32,083 nucleotides of DNA from Verrucomicrobiota bacterium (GTDB taxonomy: Bacteria; Verrucomicrobiota; Verrucomicrobiia; Limisphaerales; JADLHS01): positions 1 to 32,083 of the forward strand of contig JANYBF010000375.1 in assembly GCA_025360895.1 (NCBI GenBank), written 5' to 3'. This document shows positions 26,171-32,083 of this stretch, one piece after another. Position numbers and translations under genes: made by a program. Numbering within the stretch: position 1 is the first letter of the stretch; the number at the start of each line of letters is the position of its first letter. A model generated the notes under the pieces. That model worked only from the letters and a program-made list of their open reading frames with translations. It did no database searches and was not told where the DNA came from.

Positions 26171-27151
26171 GTGACCCAACTTGTCGGCGTGAAGTTTAAT
26201 CGGCGGAAATTTCTCACGTATTCGGCGGCAGCAACGGTGGGCACGGGCGGGCTTTGGCTTGGCCTTTCCCAAAGTCGTGCGGCCCGGGTCCTCCGCATGA
26301 TCATCGCCGATACCACGCGCCACCCTCGGTCCGCGCCGGTTAAACCCAACCCCGCCCAGTGGTCGGATAACGCCGTGACGATTTGCTGGATCGGCCACGC
26401 GACTGTGCTCATTAACTTCTACGGCATTCGCATCCTCACCGATCCCACGCTCGGCGATCGCTGCGGTGTTTCGCTTGGGTTTGGCACGGCAGGGCCAAAG
26501 CGTTTTATCGCCCCGGCGTTGCGCTTGAATGAGCTTCCATCAATTGATCTCGTGTTGCTGTCGCACGCGCACATGGATCATCTGGACTTGCCTTCCCTCC
26601 AGTCCTTTGTCGGAAAAACCGCCATCGCTGCGGCGAAAAAAACGACCGACCTTCTGGCGAATACCCAGGTGAAACCTCCCGTTGAACTTGGTTGGGGCGA
26701 CAACTTCACACTCAAGACCGATCGGGGCGAGCTGCGCGTCGAAGCGTTTGAGGTGAACCACTGGGGAAAGCGCTGGCCCACTGACAAAATTGCGCGCGGT
26801 TACAATGGCTACATTCTCCGGCGCGAAGGTCGGGCCATTTTGTTTGGTGGTGATACCGCGAATACGTCGCTTTTTGGTGACTTGCGTTCCCGCGGGCCAT
26901 TCGATGCCGCCATCATGCCCATCGGCGCGTATCAACCTTGGATTCGCAGTCACTGCACACCGGAGCAAGCCGTGAACATGGCCAACGCCACCGGTGCGGG
27001 TTACATCGTGCCCGTGCATCATCAGACATTTCGGTTGAGCGACGAACCCATGAATGAACCCGTCGAACGCATCCAGGCGGCACTTCAGCGCGAACCCGAG
27101 CGGTTGGCACTAAAACAGATTGGGGAGAGCTTTATCGTCCCTAGAGTTTGA
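26171..27151 (+). CDS. TAT-exported MBL-fold metallo-hydrolase
   Basis: It has a twin-arginine signal (NRRKFLTYSAAATVGTGG) and the motif LLSHAHMDHLD. The first codon is GTG. Confidence 0.8.
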   Translation: MTQLVGVKFNRRKFLTYSAAATVGTGGLWLGLSQSRAARVLRMIIADTTRHPRSAPVKPNPAQWSDNAVTICWIGHATVLINFYGIRILTDPTLGDRCGVSLGFGTAGPKRFIAPALRLNELPSIDLVLLSHAHMDHLDLPSLQSFVGKTAIAAAKKTTDLLANTQVKPPVELGWGDNFTLKTDRGELRVEAFEVNHWGKRWPTDKIARGYNGYILRREGRAILFGGDTANTSLFGDLRSRGPFDAAIMPIGAYQPWIRSHCTPEQAVNMANATGAGYIVPVHHQTFRLSDEPMNEPVERIQAALQREPERLALKQIGESFIVPRV

Positions 27152-27157
27152 ACCTGC

Positions 27158-27185
27158 CTTTCCCCGCACTGTCTTTCCCCGCACT
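27158..27185. promoter_or_regulatory. tandem 13-nt direct repeat (CTTTCCCCGCACT twice, 15-nt period) upstream of acnA
   Basis: Exact copies lie at 27158-27170 and 27173-27185. The second runs into TTGACG (27185-27190), about 65 nt upstream of the acnA ATG. Confidence 0.3.
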
Positions 27186-27251
27186 TGACGGACGCGCTGG
27201 TAATCTTCACTTTTCCGCCTTTCGGGCGTTAACCCCCGCCCGTGGATTTTT

Positions 27252-29957
27252 ATGAGCAACGCACACAACTTGTTTGATACGCTGAAGCAATTCGATCTCG
27301 GCACGGGCCGGGAAGGAAATTATTACTCATTGCCCGCACTGGAAAAAGCCGAGGTCGGCCCGATCTCCAAACTGCCGGTCTCCATCCGCATCGTGCTGGA
27401 GTCGGTGCTGCGCAATTGCGACGGGAAACGCGTCAGCGAAGCCGCCGTCCGCGCGCTCGCCAATTGGAAACCAGTCGAGGAACGCACGGAGGAAATCCCG
27501 TTCGTCGTCGCGCGCATCGTATTGCAGGACTTCACCGGCGTGCCGTTGCTCGTGGACCTCGCGGCGATGCGTAGTGCCGTGGCCAAGCTCGGCAAGAATC
27601 CCAAGATCATTGAGCCCCTTGTGCCCGTGGACCTCGTGGTGGATCACTCGGTGCAAGTGGACTTCGCGGGCGGCAGTGATTCCATGCAGCAGAACTTGGA
27701 TCTGGAATTCACCCGCAATCGCGAGCGCTATCAATTCCTCAAGTGGGGCATGCAGGCGTTTGAAACCTTCAAGGTCGTCCCGCCCGGCATCGGCATCGTG
27801 CATCAGGTTAACCTCGAATATCTCGCCAAGGGCGTGCTGAGTGCAGGCGGCGTTTATTATCCGGATACACTCGTCGGCACGGACTCGCACACGACCATGA
27901 TCAATGGTCTCGGCATCGTGGGCTGGGGCGTCGGCGGCATCGAAGCGGAAGCAGGAATGTTGGGTCAACCGGTTTATTTCCTCACGCCGGACGTCGTCGG
28001 CGTGCATCTCGCTGGCGCCCTCAAGGAAGGTGTTACGGCTACCGACCTTGCGCTCACCGTCACGCAACTGCTGCGTAAAGCGAAGGTGGTCGGCAAGTTT
28101 GTTGAATTCTTTGGACCGGGCGCGACGGCGTTGCCCGTGGTGGATCGTGCGACCATTGCGAACATGGCGCCCGAATACGGCGCGACGATGGGTTTCTTCC
28201 CGATGGACGAGGAGTGCGTGAATTATCTCCGCGCCACGGGCCGCAGCAATGGCGATTGCAAGCTCTACGAGAACTACTACCGCGCGCAGGGTTTGTGGGG
28301 CATTCCGCAACTCGGGGAAATCGAATACTCCCAACTCATCGAACTCGATCTCGCCACGGTGAGGCCCAGCGTGGCGGGGCCAAAACGTCCGCAGGATCGG
28401 ATCGAGTTGCCAGACATGCGGCGCGAATTTCTCGGCGCGTTCCAGCGGCCCGTCACGGAAAATGGTTTTGGCAGGACGCGCAAAGATATTTCCAGGTCCG
28501 TCAAGCTGGAGATGACGAACAAGAAAAAAGTCAAGGTCGGCACCGGCTCGGTTCTGATCGCGGCCATCACGAGTTGCACGAACACGTCAAATCCCAGCGT
28601 GATGCTGGCGGCGGGTTTGCTCGCGAAGAAGGCGGTGGAAAAAGGACTAACGGTGAATCCAGCGGTAAAGGCCTCGCTCGCGCCGGGCTCCCGCGTCGTC
28701 ACGGATTATCTCAAAAAGACGAACTTGCAGAAGTATCTCAACAAACTGCGCTTCAATCTCGTCGGCTACGGCTGCACGACGTGCATCGGCAACTCCGGCC
28801 CGCTCGACGCGAACATCGAAGACGCCGTCGTGAAGAACGATTTCGTCGCGGCCAGCGTGTTGTCCGGCAACCGCAACTTCGAAGCTCGGGTGCATCAGAA
28901 CATCAAGGCCAACTTCCTCATGTCGCCACCGCTCGTGGTTGCCTTCGCCTTGGCGGGTCGCGTGGACATTGATATGAGTTGCGAACCGCTCGGCACGGAC
29001 AAGGACGGCGCACCCGTTTATCTCGCCGACCTCTGGCCCACGCTCCAGGAAGTCCGTGAGGCGATGGAATCCGCGCTCAAACCAGAAGTCTTTCGCAAGC
29101 TCTACAAGGACTTTGCCGCCCAGAATCCCAAGTGGAATGAAATCCCATCGAGTGTTGGCAACGTGTACGAGTGGGATCGCAAGTCCACCTACATTCAACA
29201 ACCGCCATTTTTCGAAAACTTCTCGATGACACCCGGCAGTGTCCAGCCCATCACCGGCGCCCGCGCGCTCGGCATTTTTGGCGACAGCGTGACGACCGAT
29301 CACATCTCGCCCGCCGGTGCGATCAAGAAAAGTTCGCCGGCTGGAAAGTTCCTCCAGGAAAACGGCGTCGGAGCGGTGGACTTCAACAGTTACGGTTCGC
29401 GGCGCGGCAACGACCGGATCATGACCCGCGGCACGTTCGCCAACGTGCGCATCAAGAACCTCATGCTCGGCGGCGAGGAAGGCGGCAACACGCTCGGACC
29501 GGATGGCCAGAAGACTTCCATCTACGACGCGTCCATCGCCTACCAAAAAGCCGGCACGCCGCTCATTGTGATTGCCGGACAGGAATACGGCACGGGTTCA
29601 TCCCGTGACTGGGCCGCGAAAGGCACGAACCTGCTTGGTGTGAAAGCCGTCGTCGCACAGAGCTTCGAACGCATTCATCGCAGTAATCTCGTCGGCATGG
29701 GCGTGCTGCCGTTGCAATTCAAGGATGGCACGACCGCGCAAACCCTCAAGCTTGACGGCACCGAGACCTATGACATCGTTGGCCTCGACGAAAACATCAA
29801 GCCGCAACAAGACCTGACGCTCAAGATCACGCGCCAGGATGGCAGCGTGGACGAGGTCAGCGTCCGTTGCCGCATTGATACGCCGATCGAGATTGACTAC
29901 TACCAGCACGGCGGAATTTTGCTGTATGTGCTGCGGCAGCTGGTGGCGAAGGCGTAG
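27252..29957 (+). CDS. acnA: aconitate hydratase A
   Basis: The 901-aa protein has the cluster-ligand contexts [10 protein letters not shown] and [11 protein letters not shown], plus [12 protein letters not shown]. Confidence 0.95.
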   Translation: MSNAHNLFDTLKQFDLGTGREGNYYSLPALEKAEVGPISKLPVSIRIVLESVLRNCDGKRVSEAAVRALANWKPVEERTEEIPFVVARIVLQDFTGVPLLVDLAAMRSAVAKLGKNPKIIEPLVPVDLVVDHSVQVDFAGGSDSMQQNLDLEFTRNRERYQFLKWGMQAFETFKVVPPGIGIVHQVNLEYLAKGVLSAGGVYYPDTLVGTDSHTTMINGLGIVGWGVGGIEAEAGMLGQPVYFLTPDVVGVHLAGALKEGVTATDLALTVTQLLRKAKVVGKFVEFFGPGATALPVVDRATIANMAPEYGATMGFFPMDEECVNYLRATGRSNGDCKLYENYYRAQGLWGIPQLGEIEYSQLIELDLATVRPSVAGPKRPQDRIELPDMRREFLGAFQRPVTENGFGRTRKDISRSVKLEMTNKKKVKVGTGSVLIAAITSCTNTSNPSVMLAAGLLAKKAVEKGLTVNPAVKASLAPGSRVVTDYLKKTNLQKYLNKLRFNLVGYGCTTCIGNSGPLDANIEDAVVKNDFVAASVLSGNRNFEARVHQNIKANFLMSPPLVVAFALAGRVDIDMSCEPLGTDKDGAPVYLADLWPTLQEVREAMESALKPEVFRKLYKDFAAQNPKWNEIPSSVGNVYEWDRKSTYIQQPPFFENFSMTPGSVQPITGARALGIFGDSVTTDHISPAGAIKKSSPAGKFLQENGVGAVDFNSYGSRRGNDRIMTRGTFANVRIKNLMLGGEEGGNTLGPDGQKTSIYDASIAYQKAGTPLIVIAGQEYGTGSSRDWAAKGTNLLGVKAVVAQSFERIHRSNLVGMGVLPLQFKDGTTAQTLKLDGTETYDIVGLDENIKPQQDLTLKITRQDGSVDEVSVRCRIDTPIEIDYYQHGGILLYVLRQLVAKA

Positions 29958-29961
29958 TCCC

Positions 29962-30032
29962 CGGAGCGCCGGTCTCCCGACCCGGCGCGAAGCGAATCCG
30001 AACAACGCGCCGGGTCGGAGACCGGCGCTCCG
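29962..30032. repeat. 71-nt near-perfect palindrome (27-28-nt arms, 16-nt loop) 5 nt after the acnA stop
   Basis: The left arm CGGAGCGCCGGTCTCCCGACCCGGCGCG (29962-29989) pairs with the right arm CGCGCCGGGTCGGAGACCGGCGCTCCG (30006-30032), leaving a single bulged C. No T-tract follows. Confidence 0.9.
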
Positions 30033-30063
30033 AAAGCGAAAACAACGTGAACTTGGAGACCAA

Positions 30064-32049
30064 ATGAAACTGACAAAGTTCCGAGTGGAAAACTTCCGCT
30101 CTATCCGAGACTCAGGTTGGGTCGAACTGGACGACATTGCCGTCATCGTCGGCAAGAATGAATCCGGCAAGACATCCTTGCTCAAGGCGCTCTGGAAACT
30201 GAACCCGTTCCACAAGGTCGGCTACGAAATCGACAGAGAATTCCCGACCGGGCGGCGCAAAGAGAAATCAGGCGACCAGGTTGTCGTGACGGCCCATTTC
30301 GCACTTTCACCAGATGAGACGCAAGCGTTGGCGGCACTCCACGACAGCGCCAAAGGAATCACTGAGGTTTCAGTTCAGCGCAACTATGATGGCGACTACA
30401 TTTACAACTTCTTCCCAAGTTCGCCAGCCGTTGACCACGATGTAAAGTGGGTGGTTGGTGTCATCAAGGATAACCTTTCAGAACTTGAGTCGCCGTGCAG
30501 CGAGCACTTCAAGCAGCAATACCAAGCGGCGCTCAACAAATACATCGCAGAGGTTGAAGGTGGAGACGGGAGCAAGGTTGCTGTTGCCAAGGCGGCGAGT
30601 TTGAAGAGCCAATTCCCCTCCTTTGTACAGCAGGGCTACGACAATCAGCGCGTCCAGGAACAACAGCAGCGTATGGATGAAGCAGTAAAGGAGATTCAGG
30701 CAACGCCATGGCGGAAAGTCGCGGACGAACTTCAGAAACGTCTGCCTGTGTTTGTTTATATGGACGACTACCGCATTTTCAGCGGCGCGGCTCAACTTGA
30801 TGAAGTTTTGACTCGGAAGCAGCGGAAGCAAACCAAGAGCGAAGACGAGACCATCATGCTGATAATGGAGATGGCGGGACTGAACCTAGACGAAGAAGTT
30901 GAAAAGGGTAATCAGGAAGACAAACGCCAGCGGATGATGGACATGAACGACGCCAGCCAGACGCTGACGAATCAAATCGCCAACCGATGGTCGCAGAAGC
31001 GTTACGAAGTCATGTTTCAGGCTGACGGCCAGCACTTCGAGACTTTCGTTAAGGACGCGGACCAAAAGGCACTCGTTCCTTTGGAGGATCGCTCCAAGGG
31101 TTTCCAGTGGTTCTTTTCGTTCGACATGACATTCATGTATGAGACGCAAGGCAGCTTTGCCCATGCGGTCATCCTTCTCGATGAACCCGGACTGCATCTG
31201 CACGCAGCCGCACAGCGTGATCTCTTGAGGCGGATGAGTGCTTACGCCGAGAAAAACCAACTCATCTACTCGACTCACCTGCCCTTCATGATTGATTTCG
31301 CCCGACTCGATAACATCTACGTTTGTGAAGAGAATGCATCGGAAGGAAGTCGGGTTCACAAGGATTGGGCGACCGCAGATAAGGACGCCCGGTTTACGCT
31401 TCAAGCCGCACTTGGTTTATCATGGAGCCAATCGCTGTTTGTGGGGCGGTTCAACTTGGTGGTGGAAGGCGTGACCGACTACTGGTTCCTTACAACCATC
31501 TCAACACTACTAAAAGATTCAGGCGAACTAGGTCTGGACGAACAACTCGTCGTCACACCTGCTGGCGGGGCCAGCAAGGTGGCGTATGTCGGGACCATTC
31601 TTCACGGCCAAGAACTCAACGTGGCGGTGTTGCTCGACTCGGATAAAGAGGGAGACGATGCCTTCAAACAGCTTGTGCATAGTTGGATTCTCAAAGAGCG
31701 GCTCGTTCTTCGCGTCGGACAGATTCTTGGTGCCGCTGGAAACCGCGCACTCGAAGACCTGTTTGACGAAGCTTACTATGTCGCACAGACGCAGTCAGCT
31801 TACGCGAAAGAACTAACGGGCAAGAAACTGACGCTCGCTGCCAAGCCGGGGCTTTCAGTTGTTGAGAGAGTTGAGGAAGCATTGAAGGCGGCTGGCATTC
31901 CTGACTTCAACAAGGGGCGGGTTGCCAAACGCATTATGGAGGACTTGGCGAAGAAAAAGCTTTCCGATCTTCCACCCACGACGGTTGGAAACTTCAAGAA
32001 AGTCATTGCTGCGGCGAATGCTCTTAACGTTGGATGGCGGAAAGCCTGA
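30064..32049 (+). CDS. OLD-family nuclease: ABC-type ATPase with a long helical insertion fused to a Toprim domain (661 aa)
   Basis: Motifs by residue: Walker A GKNESGKT (aa 30-37), signature-like SKGFQWFFSF (344-353), Walker B VILLDEPGLHLH (369-380), STH (403-405), Toprim glutamate NLVVEGVTD (464-472) and acidic cluster LLDSDKEGDD (523-532). A GGAGA Shine-Dalgarno sequence lies 4 nt upstream of the ATG at 30064. The upstream extension in the ORF track (from 29839) overlaps acnA and the palindrome and was rejected. Confidence 0.85.
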   Translation: MKLTKFRVENFRSIRDSGWVELDDIAVIVGKNESGKTSLLKALWKLNPFHKVGYEIDREFPTGRRKEKSGDQVVVTAHFALSPDETQALAALHDSAKGITEVSVQRNYDGDYIYNFFPSSPAVDHDVKWVVGVIKDNLSELESPCSEHFKQQYQAALNKYIAEVEGGDGSKVAVAKAASLKSQFPSFVQQGYDNQRVQEQQQRMDEAVKEIQATPWRKVADELQKRLPVFVYMDDYRIFSGAAQLDEVLTRKQRKQTKSEDETIMLIMEMAGLNLDEEVEKGNQEDKRQRMMDMNDASQTLTNQIANRWSQKRYEVMFQADGQHFETFVKDADQKALVPLEDRSKGFQWFFSFDMTFMYETQGSFAHAVILLDEPGLHLHAAAQRDLLRRMSAYAEKNQLIYSTHLPFMIDFARLDNIYVCEENASEGSRVHKDWATADKDARFTLQAALGLSWSQSLFVGRFNLVVEGVTDYWFLTTISTLLKDSGELGLDEQLVVTPAGGASKVAYVGTILHGQELNVAVLLDSDKEGDDAFKQLVHSWILKERLVLRVGQILGAAGNRALEDLFDEAYYVAQTQSAYAKELTGKKLTLAAKPGLSVVERVEEALKAAGIPDFNKGRVAKRIMEDLAKKKLSDLPPTTVGNFKKVIAAANALNVGWRKA

Positions 32050-32056
32050 TGCGATT

Positions 32057-32083
32057 GGAGCGCCGGTCTCCTGACCCGGCTCG
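32057..32083. repeat. second copy of the GGAGCGCCGGTCTCC-type repeat arm, truncated by the window end
   Basis: GGAGCGCCGGTCTCCTGACCCGGCTCG matches 29963-29989 at 25/27 positions. It begins 8 nt after the OLD-family stop codon. Confidence 0.8.

Noticed and set aside
25990-26200. A minus-strand translation (LGHLAGVSSDGMNPRASPQLIGRKYRKIFGNDLLASVLENSARLARGMAL) that loosely resembles the second HTH of AraC-family regulators
   Set aside because: A full AraC regulator would have to extend upstream through the well-supported TAT-signal MBL gene. The frame also runs on without a stop into the zinc-ribbon gene. At most it is a decayed relic, and more likely coincidence. I cannot test this without a profile search.
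29839-30063. N-terminal extension of the OLD-family ORF in the supplied track. There are similar extensions for tkt (7587-7889), the DA1-like gene, GT9, the methyltransferase at 21761-21970, the kinase at 11635-11778 and the propeller at 24310-24348.
   Set aside because: The extensions overlap neighbouring genes or repeats and have non-protein-like composition. Internal ATGs with signal peptides, Rossmann motifs or Shine-Dalgarno sequences give homologue-like N-termini.
29958-32083. The idea that the OLD gene is an integron cassette, with the palindromes acting as attC sites
   Set aside because: No integron integrase or attI is in view. The palindrome arms lack the RYYYAAC/GTTRRRY core sites and the extrahelical-base asymmetry expected of attC. 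REP-like repeats are the simpler reading.

Overview
This is a 32.1-kb window of a moderately GC-rich bacterial chromosome. Hand-counted 120-nt samples give about 62% GC in core genes. The gene content and two families of palindromic repeats suggest a PVC-group or Verrucomicrobiota-like organism, but that is inference only.

Gene order:
- (1) An IS110-family insertion sequence whose transposase is split by a 1-nt frameshift (270-1314, minus strand), with long non-coding ends.
- (2) A small orphan ORF, then a DUF2167 protein paired with a zinc-ribbon membrane protein.
- (3) An AlgH/YqgE-family gene, a tiny lipoprotein, a secreted LIM-like/DA1-like metallopeptidase and transketolase.
- (4) sufD and sufU, separated by a 120-bp hairpin repeat.
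- (5) A zinc-ribbon mini-protein, a LysE exporter and pssA.
- (6) A roughly 10-kb glycan/LPS-type modification cluster (11779-21760). It holds an APH-fold kinase, three SAM methyltransferases, a NodB deacetylase, a UGM-like flavoenzyme, GT4, an NTase/P-loop-kinase fusion and a GT9 heptosyltransferase.
- (7) A YlbF-like protein with a Cys/His tail, followed by a clean terminator.
- (8) A Cys-containing hypothetical gene coupled to a fatty-acid desaturase.
- (9) A beta-propeller protein, a zinc-ribbon membrane protein and a TAT-exported MBL hydrolase.
- (10) acnA.
- (11) A lower-GC gene (about 51-52% in samples) encoding a single-polypeptide ABC-ATPase + Toprim (OLD-family) nuclease. It is bracketed by copies of a 27-nt palindromic repeat and runs to the window edge.

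The OLD-family cassette is the best candidate for an accessory or defence-type system. The IS110 non-coding ends (possible guide RNA) and the repeat elements are the next most interesting. I found no rRNA, tRNA or CRISPR array.
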